Shown here: piece after piece, positions 9,534 to 19,098 of the stretch
How positions within the stretch are numbered: position 1 is the first letter of the stretch
Layout: each line of letters begins with the position of its first letter
NCBI GenBank assembly: GCA_040290255.1
Contig: PSMU01000002.1
Location: 1-64,000, forward strand
DNA length: 64,000 nt
Direction: 5' to 3'
Origin: Nitrososphaerota archaeon
GTDB lineage: Archaea; Thermoproteota; Nitrososphaeria; PSMU01
Made by a program: the position numbers and the translations under genes
The notes under the pieces: generated by a model
What the model was told of the DNA's origin: nothing
What the model saw: only the letters and a program-made list of their open reading frames with translations
Databases searched by the model: none

Positions 9534-9950
9534 GTGCGCGAGGTGGTGAGCTTCTTCGGCCACGCGAACATCTTGGCGCTTCACCCCACGACGCTGGAGA
9601 TCACGAGGGCCCACGCGCTCACGCCCAAAGGCGACTGCATTGTAGGTGTGAGGGCCGATAAAGCCTCGGCCGACCTGAGCGATGCGGTGAAGGGGGCGAT
9701 AAGGCAGGAGGGAAGGCCCATTAGGCTCACGCTGCTCGTGGGGGGGCTCAGCTTTTCCTTCCTGGCCAGGGGAAGCGAGGCCCTATCGCTCTCCAGTAAG
9801 GAGGCCATCATAGTGAGGAAGTCCTCGTACACGAACTGTAAGAAGACGATAGCCATAAGGTCCGAGGCGGCCGCCGCAGATCTGCCTCGCGCTCTTGTGG
9901 CCCTGCTGAGAGAAGGGGCGAAGGGCGAGCTGCTCATAGAGCCCTTATAA
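9534..9950 (+). CDS. DUF371 family protein
   Basis: GHANI.ALHPTTLEIT, LTPKGDCIVGV.ADK, IVRKS; GTG start inferred. Confidence 0.85.
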   Translation: MREVVSFFGHANILALHPTTLEITRAHALTPKGDCIVGVRADKASADLSDAVKGAIRQEGRPIRLTLLVGGLSFSFLARGSEALSLSSKEAIIVRKSSYTNCKKTIAIRSEAAAADLPRALVALLREGAKGELLIEPL

Positions 9951-10018
9951 CAGCGTTATAGTAATAAGCGCCCTCGGGCAACTCTTATATAAAACGCGGG
10001 CGCCGGAGTATCTCCCGA

Positions 10019-10387
10019 ATGAGGGTTAGGGACGTACCCAGAAAGAGATGGGAGGCGGTGATCGTCAACAATTCGCACCCCTCCCTCGTCCTCTTCTGGT
10101 GCCCTTGGTGCGAATGGTCCCGGAAGCTCACGCGTGTCCTGGAGGAGCTCAGCCCGCTCTACGATGGCAGACTCAACTTTTACGCGGTGAACGTCGAGGG
10201 CGATGGGGAATTGGCCGAAAGGTATGGCGTTAAGAGCGTGCCCACGCTGATGTTCTTCTATCAGGGGAAGCCCCTATACAAGCTGGTGGGATACCACCAG
10301 CCGGAGCTGATCAAGGAGGAGCTGGATAAGGTGCTCAGGATCTATCGCGCCTGCCTGGACCAGAGCAGCTCGCTGACCATACAATAG
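10019..10387 (+). CDS. Thioredoxin-fold protein, atypical active site
   Basis: LVLFWCPWCEWS, VNVE..ELAERYGVKSVPTL. Confidence 0.85.
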   Translation: MRVRDVPRKRWEAVIVNNSHPSLVLFWCPWCEWSRKLTRVLEELSPLYDGRLNFYAVNVEGDGELAERYGVKSVPTLMFFYQGKPLYKLVGYHQPELIKEELDKVLRIYRACLDQSSSLTIQ

Positions 10388-10390
10388 GCG

Positions 10391-10999
10391 ATGGGACTCT
10401 CTGCCGGGCTCCTAAGCCCTCTCCCACGTGATTTCTTTGAGCCTCATGTATCTCGCGTGGCGAAGGCGTTGCTGGGAAGGTTCTTGGTGCGCAGCAGCGG
10501 CGGGCGAACGAAGGTGGGCATGGTGGTGGAGGTGGAGGCCTACAGGGGCTTTGAGGACCCGGCCAGCCACGCGTTCAGGGGGAGGACTCGGCGCAATGAG
10601 GTGATGTTCGGCCCGCCCGGGAGGGCGTACATCTACAGGAGCTACGGGCTTCATCTTTGCCTCAACGTGACCGCAGAGCCGGAGGGACAGCCCGCAGCGG
10701 TATTGATAAGGGCCCTGGAGCCGGTAGGGGGGTTCGAGGCCCAGCTCCGCGAGCTGCCGCTGGAGGCCAGGCTGCGGCTTACGAGCGGCCCTGCCCGCTT
10801 AGCCAAGGCGTTGGAGCTAAGCTATGACATGAATGGCTGTGATATGACCAGGCAGGGGGAGCTATATCTGGCCTGGGGCCTCCCTGTGCCTGAGCGCCTC
10901 ATCGAGAGCTCGTCGAGGGTAGGCGTTATGGATCCGCAGCGCAGGCCCTGGCGCTTTTACATCAAAAATAATCCCTTCGTCAGCCGGGCGTCTCCTTAA
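10391..10999 (+). CDS. mpg: DNA-3-methyladenine glycosylase (AAG/MPG family)
   Basis: VEVEAY, DPASHA, YIYRSYGLH.CLN, AVLIRALEP, SGPARL, PWRF. Confidence 0.93.
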   Translation: MGLSAGLLSPLPRDFFEPHVSRVAKALLGRFLVRSSGGRTKVGMVVEVEAYRGFEDPASHAFRGRTRRNEVMFGPPGRAYIYRSYGLHLCLNVTAEPEGQPAAVLIRALEPVGGFEAQLRELPLEARLRLTSGPARLAKALELSYDMNGCDMTRQGELYLAWGLPVPERLIESSSRVGVMDPQRRPWRFYIKNNPFVSRASP

Positions 11000-11354
11000 C
11001 CCTCTTCTCCAGCATCTCCAGCTCCCTCTGCGCATGGCGCAGGCCCCTCTGCACCAGATAGGCAGCCAGGGGCCCGAGGATGGCGCTCAGCACGGTGAGC
11101 AGGGTAGCGACCGAGAGAAAGGCATAGGCGGCGGCGAAGAGCTTTGCCGCCATCGTGGGCGGCTCGACCGGAGGACCTTCGGTGGTCGCGATCATGGCCA
11201 TAAAGTAGAAGGCCTCTACCCAGTCCCAGCCCGTCAGCAGCTTGATGCCCGCCGTGCCCGAGAAGAGGACCAGCAGGAGCACGACCATCGAATAGGCCGC
11301 CCTGCGGCGTGAGGGCAGGAGGGGATGCGCCCTTATCCTAGTACGCGATGGCAT
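10980..11354 (-). CDS. Two-TM ion channel pore-like protein (Ion_trans_2-like)
   Basis: TM, then W.WVEAFYF..MIATTEGP pore helix, then TM. Confidence 0.7.
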   Translation of the reverse strand: MPSRTRIRAHPLLPSRRRAAYSMVVLLLVLFSGTAGIKLLTGWDWVEAFYFMAMIATTEGPPVEPPTMAAKLFAAAYAFLSVATLLTVLSAILGPLAAYLVQRGLRHAQRELEMLEKRVKETPG

Positions 11355-11410
11355 GCCGGTTCTTGTCTATGTGCTTATAAGGTTCCCGTGGGCAGGGGCC
11401 CGAGCCCGCG

Positions 11411-12526
11411 ATGGCGACGCTGCGGTGGAGGCCGCTGCTGCTGTTGGGCATCACCTCCCTATTTGCCGATTGGCTCTATGAGGGGGCAAGGGCGGCGCTA
11501 CCTCAGTACCTAGCCTCGCTGGGCGCCACGGCCCTGTTGGTGGGCACGGCCTTTGGCCTGGGCGATGCGCTGGGCTACGCGCTCAGGCTGGTATCCGGGC
11601 CCCTCTCGGACAGAAGGGGAGGGTACTGGGCGGAGACCTTCCTGGGCTATTCCCTGCAGGTGGTGGCCATAGTGGGCCTGGCCTTTTCTCCTCTGTTTTG
11701 GCTCGCGGTGGGCCTGGTGCTGCTCGAGCGCGCTTCGAAGGCCTGGAGGACTCCTTCACGCGATGTATTGGTCTCCTCCGTGGGAGCAAGGATGGGCACG
11801 GCGTTTGGGGTTCACGGCCTGCTGGATCAGATAGGGGCCGTCGCGGGAGGGGTCATGGCAACGGTCCTCCTTTATCTGGGCCTAGGTTACAGGTCCTTTT
11901 TCATGCTGTTGGCCCTCCCCGGCCTCGCGGCGATCATCTCGCTTCTGTTGGCGTATAGAACGGGCCTTCGTGCCCACGCGAGAGCCGCGGCCACGGCGGC
12001 CATGGTGAACAGGCGGGTGCTGCTCTTCGCGTTCTCCCAGTTCCTCGTGGGCGCCGCCCTGCCGCATGTATCGCTGGCCATGTACCGCTTCTCCTCCGCG
12101 CCGTATCTGGCCTCCATCATCTATCTGATCGCCATGCTGCTCGAAGCGATGGCCTCGGGCCTCCTGGGCTTTCTATGGGATAGGCGCGGAAGGCCGCTGC
12201 TGCTTCTTCCCCTGCTCGCCCCTCTCGTCTCCTACCTTTTCCTGGGCAGCTATGCCATGGCGCTGTTGGGCGCGGCGCTCTACTCGATGGTGATAGCCTA
12301 TTCGGAGGTGGTGGCCAAGGCGGCGGCCTCCGGCCTCTCCGAGGCAAGGGCTACCGCGCTGGGCCTGGTGGATGCCGCCTTCGGCTTCGGCGTCCTGCTG
12401 GGCGGTCCCCTCTACGGCTACTTCATCGACGCCTCCCTTTCGTTGCCATTCTTGGCCCTCTCGCTGGCCGCCTCGGCCGGAGGGGCGCTCGCCTCCTATC
12501 TCTTTGGCACGCGGGCCCAAGCCTAA
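11411..12526 (+). CDS. MFS transporter
   Basis: About 12 TM; SGPLSDRRG, ERASKAWRTPSRD, GFLWDRRGR. Confidence 0.88.
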   Translation: MATLRWRPLLLLGITSLFADWLYEGARAALPQYLASLGATALLVGTAFGLGDALGYALRLVSGPLSDRRGGYWAETFLGYSLQVVAIVGLAFSPLFWLAVGLVLLERASKAWRTPSRDVLVSSVGARMGTAFGVHGLLDQIGAVAGGVMATVLLYLGLGYRSFFMLLALPGLAAIISLLLAYRTGLRAHARAAATAAMVNRRVLLFAFSQFLVGAALPHVSLAMYRFSSAPYLASIIYLIAMLLEAMASGLLGFLWDRRGRPLLLLPLLAPLVSYLFLGSYAMALLGAALYSMVIAYSEVVAKAAASGLSEARATALGLVDAAFGFGVLLGGPLYGYFIDASLSLPFLALSLAASAGGALASYLFGTRAQA

Positions 12527-12559
12527 GCTTAAATCCTGGCCATTGGCCGCGCGCTCGGC

Positions 12560-13057
12560 TTGTCGAAGCCCCTGAGGCTCCTCGTCCTCTCCGATACGCA
12601 CTGCAACTCGCTCGAAGAGCTGCCGGGACGGCTGCTGAGGGAGATGGAGGGTGCGGACATGATCCTACATGCCGGCGACTACACCGGCCTTCCCCTGGCC
12701 AGGGCACTCGCCCAGCGGCCGAACTTCAGGGGGGTATATGGCAACCTCGATGGCCCTGAGGTCAGGGCCCTGGTGAAGCCCTCCCTTCTGTTGGAGCTTC
12801 AGGGCTACAGGATAGGGCTCTGCCATCCCTATGAGGGAGGCCCCCCTCAGGAGGCGGTGCAAAGGGCGCTCAGGGCGCTGGGCAAGAAGCCGGATTTACT
12901 AATTCACGGCCACACGCACGTGCCGGTCTTCGAGAGGAGGCAGGGCCTTTGGGTGCTCAACCCTGGCAGCGCGACGGGGGCCTGGCCCGCCACGAAGAGG
13001 ACCTACGCGCTTCTCAGCCTGGGCAACGAGCTCTCCTGCGAGCTCGTGGAGCTATAG
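12560..13057 (+). CDS. YfcE/Vps29-like metallophosphoesterase
   Basis: SDTH, HAGD, GNLD, HGHTH, NPGS. Confidence 0.92.
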   Translation: MSKPLRLLVLSDTHCNSLEELPGRLLREMEGADMILHAGDYTGLPLARALAQRPNFRGVYGNLDGPEVRALVKPSLLLELQGYRIGLCHPYEGGPPQEAVQRALRALGKKPDLLIHGHTHVPVFERRQGLWVLNPGSATGAWPATKRTYALLSLGNELSCELVEL

Positions 13058-13112
13058 CTCATCGCGCGCTCCGCGAACAACAGATAAGCTGGTCCCTGCT
13101 GCCTATGACGGC

Positions 13113-14006
13113 TTGGCCGCGCCGGCGGGGCTGGAGGGCTACACAATAAGGAGGCTCACGGCCGAGCACGAGGCCCAGGTTAGGGAGCTCTGCCGCGCAG
13201 CCGTGAGCTGGGAGGACTACGTGCCCAGAATCTTCAGCCGATGGGTGGCGGAGCCGCAGGCCGAGGTGCTCGGGAGCTTCGAGGGCGAGCGCCTCGTCGC
13301 CATGGCGCGCTACTCGCTTCAGGAGGACGGCACCGCCTGGTTTGAGGGCGCCCGCGTGCATCCTCAGCACAGGAATAGGGGGCTCGCCACGACCCTGGCC
13401 AGGGAGCTCATGAAGAGGGCGACCCTTAGGGGGGCCCGTGTTGCCAGGCTGATCACGAGCCAAGACAACCTGCCCGCCAGGAGGCACCTAGAGAAGCTCG
13501 GCTTTAGGGTCAGAGGGAAGTGGCTTATCGCCGAGCTCGCCCGGGCCGAGCGGGCTGTTCATGAACCCACCACCCCTTCGGATGCCAGAAGCCTCTGGCG
13601 GGGGCTTCGCCGCAGCGCGGGGTACTTGAGGGGCGCGGGCCTTTACGGCATCTCTTCCACCTTCTACCGCCTGAACGAGCCCGCCCTAAGGCGCTTCGTT
13701 GGAGAGGGAGGGGTTTGGGCCGTGCGAGGAGGCCTGGCCCTTTTGGCGCAGGGCGATCAAGAGAAAGACGGACGCAAGAGCCTTCAGGTGAGCTTCGCCT
13801 CGGGGAATGCCAGGGCCCTGAGGCAGCTGCTGGCCCTCCTGGTGCATAGGGCCCATGCGCAGGGCCTTGCGGCCTATGCCCACCTGCCGGCCACACGCGC
13901 CGCGCAGCAGGCCCTAGGCTCGCTGTCGCCGCCCTGGAGCTTCACGGCCCTGGTGTATGAAAGAAGGCTCACGGCCGGCGGACTTGACGGCCTAGCAAGT
14001 CCATGA
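13113..14006 (+). CDS. GNAT family acetyltransferase
   Basis: WFEGARVHPQHRNRGLA, N.PARRHLEKLGF. Confidence 0.85.
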   Translation: MAAPAGLEGYTIRRLTAEHEAQVRELCRAAVSWEDYVPRIFSRWVAEPQAEVLGSFEGERLVAMARYSLQEDGTAWFEGARVHPQHRNRGLATTLARELMKRATLRGARVARLITSQDNLPARRHLEKLGFRVRGKWLIAELARAERAVHEPTTPSDARSLWRGLRRSAGYLRGAGLYGISSTFYRLNEPALRRFVGEGGVWAVRGGLALLAQGDQEKDGRKSLQVSFASGNARALRQLLALLVHRAHAQGLAAYAHLPATRAAQQALGSLSPPWSFTALVYERRLTAGGLDGLASP

Positions 14007-14043
14007 TAACGGATGAGAGTCCCGTGAGCTCATGGGAAGGGGC

Positions 14044-15060
14044 TTAGGCCGGGCCCCAGGCCCTCCTGGCAGCCCACGCCTCCCGCAGCCTCGCGATGGC
14101 CTCCATCACCCTGGGCCTGCTGAAGCCCCTCTGCCCGCACAGAAAGTCGACGAGCTCCCGCTCCTCCGGTGGCCTGGGCTCCGGGATCTCGAGCTCGGCG
14201 ACCTTGGGGCGTAGATAGGCCTGCCGGGCCCTAAAGGCCTCTTCCCCGAGCTCCTTCAACAGCGCCTGTGGCAGGCCCTCCAGGGAGCCGTATCTCCTGA
14301 TCAGCTCTAGTGCCCTCCTGGGCCCTATGCCCCAGAGGCCCGCGTTGTAGTCCGTCCCCATCAGCAGGGCCACATCCACGAGCTGCTCCCTGCTGATGCG
14401 AAGCTTGCCCAGCGCCTCCTGCAGCTCGAAGAGCTCGGGCTGCAGCCTTAGGGCGACGCCCCTGGAGGGCAGCCACTCGGCCCCTGTGAGGGTAAGGTAC
14501 CTGACCTGCCTGGGCGCGCCGTAAAGCAGCGCATCGAAGTCCTTAGTGCCCACCGCCCAGGCCACGCCCTTCGCCGCCAGGTATGCGGCCTGCGCCTCCG
14601 CCTCCTCGGGGGCCTGCAGCACGGGCAGCCCCATAAGCGAGAGCAGCTTCTTGGCATCGCTGACAATTTGCTCGTTAAGCGCCGCCGAAGCGACGGCCTT
14701 GGACCAGGCCTTGGCCTGTTCGCCTGCGCCGAGCAGGCGCCTCCATTCGCTCAGGGCCTCTTCCCTGGCCCGCCTCCTCTTATCCAGCGCCCTCGCCTTA
14801 AGCGGGTTAGGGGGGCCATCGAAGACATAGATGAGGCCCATTGAATAGTCTCGCGCGAGCCTTGAGGCTCTGGACAGGAGCCCCAGCAGGTGGGACGTTA
14901 TATTTCCGCGCCCATCGCGAAGGGGTTCGCCGGTGGGCGTCCTTATGAGCGCAAGAAATTGGTAGAGCTCCGTGCTGGCGTCCATAAGAAAGCTGCGGCC
15001 GGAGAGGGCCTCCAGCTTAAGCCTTCGGTGGGGCAGGAGCGGCCTGAGCCGGGCCCCCAT
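14044..15060 (-). CDS. fen: Flap endonuclease FEN1 homologue
   Basis: LYQFL..IR, TSHL.GL, VFDG, EAEAQAAYL, DFDALLYG, GTDYN, GIGP..A. Confidence 0.93.
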   Translation of the reverse strand: MGARLRPLLPHRRLKLEALSGRSFLMDASTELYQFLALIRTPTGEPLRDGRGNITSHLLGLLSRASRLARDYSMGLIYVFDGPPNPLKARALDKRRRAREEALSEWRRLLGAGEQAKAWSKAVASAALNEQIVSDAKKLLSLMGLPVLQAPEEAEAQAAYLAAKGVAWAVGTKDFDALLYGAPRQVRYLTLTGAEWLPSRGVALRLQPELFELQEALGKLRISREQLVDVALLMGTDYNAGLWGIGPRRALELIRRYGSLEGLPQALLKELGEEAFRARQAYLRPKVAELEIPEPRPPEERELVDFLCGQRGFSRPRVMEAIARLREAWAARRAWGPA

Positions 15061-15061
15061 T

Positions 15062-15652
15062 TCAGGCTAGGAAGCTGGACAGCAGGCGCCTAAGGCCTGG
15101 GCTGGCCAGGGCCCGCTGCCTGTCGAGCCTGGCGCCCAGCAGCTCCTCCTCAAGGCCCAGCTCAAGAAGCGAGGCGCTGAGCGCGAAGACCAGCATCGCG
15201 CAGAGCAGGAACCTCTCCTCATCCCTGAAGTAAAGCCCGGGCAGCCTGTGCAAAGCCCTAACCGCGGCCGTGGCCAGGGCCTTGCCGGGCACCACATAGC
15301 CCCTCTCCGTGAGGCTGGAGCTCACCTCGGCTGCGGCGAGGCCCAGCAGATAGGGGCGAGCCCTAAAGCCCTGGGGCGCCCTCTCGATGAGCCCGCTCCT
15401 CACGCAGGCATCCAGCAGGCCCCTGCTGAGGCCCATCTTGAGCACCTCCAGCAGCGCGGCGGCGTCCAACGACGCCAGCTGAGCGCCCTCCAGCTGGCCC
15501 CCCGAGCCTATTTGCTCCAGATAGGTCTTGCAGGTCCTCAGCGCTCCCTCCTCCTTGCCCTCCGCCAGCTGCTCAAGCAGACCGCTAAAGCTACTCATGG
15601 TGGCCAGCCTCAGCCATAGCCTCATCGCCTCCCCCCTTGAGGCCGCGGCCAT
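15062..15652 (-). CDS. Hypothetical protein
   Basis: 196 aa ORF ending 2 bp before the fen start; typical codon usage. Confidence 0.55.
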   Translation of the reverse strand: MAAASRGEAMRLWLRLATMSSFSGLLEQLAEGKEEGALRTCKTYLEQIGSGGQLEGAQLASLDAAALLEVLKMGLSRGLLDACVRSGLIERAPQGFRARPYLLGLAAAEVSSSLTERGYVVPGKALATAAVRALHRLPGLYFRDEERFLLCAMLVFALSASLLELGLEEELLGARLDRQRALASPGLRRLLSSFLA

Positions 15653-15890
15653 GGGCGCTCAAGGCCCCCCATGCTTATAACGTGCTCGCCCCTCAAATTC
15701 ATCTGACCGGCTGGTGCATGGGACCTCACTTCACGGTTAATCTTCCTCCTCGTAGCGCCTCCTCAGCCCTGTCCAGCCCGAAGCATGAACTCCCAAGGGG
15801 GGAACTTGGGGGCGAGGCATGAGCGATGATGGGCAGGGCGGGAACCCACTGGCCGAAGCTTAAAAGCGCGGCGAATCCCTGGCTCGTGCC

Positions 15891-18800
15891 GTGGGGCTGC
15901 CTTCGGGGTACGACTGGGCCTCGATCGAGGCGAGGGTTAGGGCGTTCTGGGCTCGCCTGCGCCTGGGCGCCTATGTGTGGAGCTCCCGGCCCCGAAGGCC
16001 CCTGGCGACTTTCATCGAGGGCCCCCCGACGCTGAACGGCTACCCTCACATGGGCCACATAAGGGGAAGGGCGATCAAGGACCTCTGGTTCAGGTATATG
16101 GCGCTGAAGGGGCGGCGAGTGCTCTTCAGGGCGGGCTGGGACTGCCAGGGCCTCCCCGTCGAGCTGGAGGCCGAGAAGGAGCTGGGCATACAGGGAGGAA
16201 AGCAGGAGCTGCTGCAGAGGGTGGGCATGGAGCGCCTGGTCCAGGCCTCCAAGGAGCTGCTGGCAAAGTACAGGCGCGTATGGGAGGAGGTCGATGAGCT
16301 GCTGGGCCTCTCGCTGGATAAGCAGGCCGCCTACTGGACATACTTGGATGAGTACATGGAGAGGGAGTGGCAGTACATCAGGAGGGCCTGGGAGAGGGGG
16401 CTCATCGGCGAGGGCTACCGCGTCGTCGCCTACTGCCCCAGCTGCATGACGGCCCTAAGCCAGGCGGAGGTGGCGCAGGGCTACGAGCAGCTGGAGGATC
16501 CCAGCCTCTACTACAAGGTCCAGCTCGAGGACGGTTCCTATGCTATCGTCTGGACCACCATGCCCTTCACGTTAGTCACCGATGAGCTCCTGGCCGTCCA
16601 TCCCCAAGAGGATTATGTCTACGTGAAGAGGGGAGAGGAGGTCTGGGTGCTCGCGGAGAAGAGGCTGGGCGAGCTAGCGCAGAGGCTCGCGCTGCGGGAG
16701 CAGGACGTGATCGGGCGCGTCAAGGGCAGGCAGCTGGAGGGCTTGCGATACGAGCACCCGTTCTTGGACCTGATACCGGGCCTCGCACAGCTAAAGCAGC
16801 GCGCGCAGATCCATAGGGTGGTGGCCGAGGACTTCGTCGACGTGAACACGGGCACGGGCCTCGTGCACCTCTCGCCCGCCAACGGCGAGGAGGACTTCTC
16901 CGTGGCGGAAAGGAGGGGCCTGCCCGTCTTCTCCCCCTTCGACGACAGGGCGTATTTCACGCAGGAGGCCGGTGCCTTTGCGGGGCTCTTCTGCAGGGAT
17001 GCGGATGAGGTGGTGGCGCGGCTGCTGGAGCAGAGGGGGAGCCTGGTGTTGAGGGAGAGCATCGTGCACGAATACCCCACCTGCTGGCGCTCTCATCACA
17101 GGCTCGTGTGGCTGGCCCGCAGGGAGTACTTTTACTGGATGGAGAGGCTTAGGGAGGAGCTCGTCCGGGCCGCCTCGGCCGTCGAATATTTCTACGAGCC
17201 TCCTAGGAACAGGTTCTTGGAGTTCCTGAAGCAGGCGGCGCCTTGGTGCATATCAAGGGAGAGGATCTGGGGCACGCCCCTGCCTGTCTGGGTCTGCGAG
17301 GCCTGTGGCCACAGGAACTACATCTTTTCCAGGCAGGAGCTGCTCAGGCGCGCGCTGGCGCTGCCCGATGGCCCTAACTTCGAGCTGCACAGGCCCTGGG
17401 TGGACAGGGTCGTAATAGCCTGCGGGCGGTGCGGCTCGGCCTCAAAGCGGGAGCCCTTCGTCCTGGACACATGGCACAACAGCGGCGCCGCCCCCTATGC
17501 ATCGCTGAAGGAAGAGGAGTTCCGCCGCTTCATCCCCGCCCACTTCCTCGTGGAGGGGATCGATCAGACGAGGGGCTGGGCCTACTCTCTGCTGGCGCTG
17601 CACGTCCTCTTCTCCGGCCGGCCCTCCAGCCCCTTCAGGAGCTTCCTCTTCTACGGGCACGTCTTGGACGAGCAGGGCAGGAAGATGAGCAAGAGCCTAG
17701 GCAACGTCATCGACGCGAAGCAGATGCTCTCGAGCTCCTCTGCGGACGTGCTGAGGCTCTACTTGGCATGGAAGGCTTCCCCTATCGAGGCGATCAACTT
17801 CCTTGCGAAGGAGATGTGGGCGAGGCCCTATCAGGTCCTCAACACGCTCTACAACCTGCACCATTTCCTCGTGCAGAACTCTAGGCTCGACGGCTTCGAC
17901 CCAAGGCAGCATACGGTCGAGTGGGCCTTGGTGAGGCCCGAGCTGGGCCCCGGAGAGCTGTGGCTGCTGGCCAAGGCCAACGCACTGATCGTGCACGTGG
18001 ACAGGGCCCTGGCCGCGTGCCGCTACCACGAGGCCGCGAGGGCGCTGGAGAGGTTCATCATCGACACGATCAGCCAGGCCTACATACCGATGGTGAGGCA
18101 GGAGCTCTGGGATGATAGCGAGGAGGGCAAGGCCAGGAGGCTCGTCATCTTCGCCTGCCTTGCGCATGCGCTTCATGTGGTCCTCAAGCTGCTGCACCCA
18201 ATCGCTCCGTTCGTGACGGAGTTCCTGCACCAAGAGGTCTTCGAGCGAGGGACTTGGGAGAGGCCCCTCGTAGATGCCGGCTGGCCGAAGAAGGTCTTCG
18301 CGAGCGGCCTTAAGCGCGGCGAGAGGGCGGTGGACCTGGCCCTTAAGGCCGCCTCGCTGGCTAACTCCATCAGGGCCCGGGCGAAGGTGAAGAGGCGCTG
18401 GCCGCTCAGCAGGCTCGTGCTGCTGTGCGAGAGACATCACGGTAAGAGGCTGGAGCAGGTCAGCGGGCTGCTCAGGGTGCTCGTGAACGTGAAGGAGGTG
18501 AGCGTCACTACCCGGCCCCGGGATCTTCCCGCGAGGCTCTATTTGGAGCCCAACATGGGCGAGCTGGGCAAGGCCTACAGGGAGAGGGCGAACGAGCTGG
18601 CCCAGGCGGTCAGGCGGGTGAGCGGAGCGAGGGCATGGAGGGCCTGGCTTCGTGGCCGGCCGCTGCGCCTGCGCATGGGCAGCGAGAAGGTGGTGGTGCC
18701 CGCGACATGCTTTGGCCTGGGCCTTGAAGCGGAGGAGGGCTTTGCGGCGCTCTCGGGGCAGGGCCTCGTAGCCGCGCTGGAGATAAGGAGGGATGAGCAG

Positions 18801-19067
18801 CTGATAGCGGAGGGCTTCCTGAGGGACATAGCCAGGAGGCTTCAGGCGCTCAGGAAGGAAAGGGGCTACGACCCTACGGCGCTGCTCGAGAGGGCCTACG
18901 TGGCGGGCCTGGATGAGGAGCAGCTGGGCCTGCTCACCCCGCTCAGGGAGAGGCTTGCCTTCCTGGTGAGGGTCAGGGGCGTGGAGCTGGCAAAGGAGAG
19001 GTGGGAGGGGCCCAAGTGGAAGGAGGAGCAGCTGGAGGGCCAGCTCATCTACCTGAGCGTCGAGTGA
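15891..19067 (+). CDS. ileS: Isoleucyl-tRNA synthetase
   Basis: EGPP, HMGH, GWDCQGLPVE, WTTMPFTL, GTGLVH, WCISRER.WG, EGIDQTRGW, KMSKS. Confidence 0.97.
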   Translation: MGLPSGYDWASIEARVRAFWARLRLGAYVWSSRPRRPLATFIEGPPTLNGYPHMGHIRGRAIKDLWFRYMALKGRRVLFRAGWDCQGLPVELEAEKELGIQGGKQELLQRVGMERLVQASKELLAKYRRVWEEVDELLGLSLDKQAAYWTYLDEYMEREWQYIRRAWERGLIGEGYRVVAYCPSCMTALSQAEVAQGYEQLEDPSLYYKVQLEDGSYAIVWTTMPFTLVTDELLAVHPQEDYVYVKRGEEVWVLAEKRLGELAQRLALREQDVIGRVKGRQLEGLRYEHPFLDLIPGLAQLKQRAQIHRVVAEDFVDVNTGTGLVHLSPANGEEDFSVAERRGLPVFSPFDDRAYFTQEAGAFAGLFCRDADEVVARLLEQRGSLVLRESIVHEYPTCWRSHHRLVWLARREYFYWMERLREELVRAASAVEYFYEPPRNRFLEFLKQAAPWCISRERIWGTPLPVWVCEACGHRNYIFSRQELLRRALALPDGPNFELHRPWVDRVVIACGRCGSASKREPFVLDTWHNSGAAPYASLKEEEFRRFIPAHFLVEGIDQTRGWAYSLLALHVLFSGRPSSPFRSFLFYGHVLDEQGRKMSKSLGNVIDAKQMLSSSSADVLRLYLAWKASPIEAINFLAKEMWARPYQVLNTLYNLHHFLVQNSRLDGFDPRQHTVEWALVRPELGPGELWLLAKANALIVHVDRALAACRYHEAARALERFIIDTISQAYIPMVRQELWDDSEEGKARRLVIFACLAHALHVVLKLLHPIAPFVTEFLHQEVFERGTWERPLVDAGWPKKVFASGLKRGERAVDLALKAASLANSIRARAKVKRRWPLSRLVLLCERHHGKRLEQVSGLLRVLVNVKEVSVTTRPRDLPARLYLEPNMGELGKAYRERANELAQAVRRVSGARAWRAWLRGRPLRLRMGSEKVVVPATCFGLGLEAEEGFAALSGQGLVAALEIRRDEQLIAEGFLRDIARRLQALRKERGYDPTALLERAYVAGLDEEQLGLLTPLRERLAFLVRVRGVELAKERWEGPKWKEEQLEGQLIYLSVE

Positions 19068-19098
19068 GAGATTAAATGCTTAGCATGGAGGCGGGCCC

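Noticed and set aside
12560-13057. Vps29-like protein as part of an ESCRT/retromer system
   Set aside because: Ordinary YfcE-type phosphoesterase with full metal motifs, several unrelated genes away from the cdv cluster
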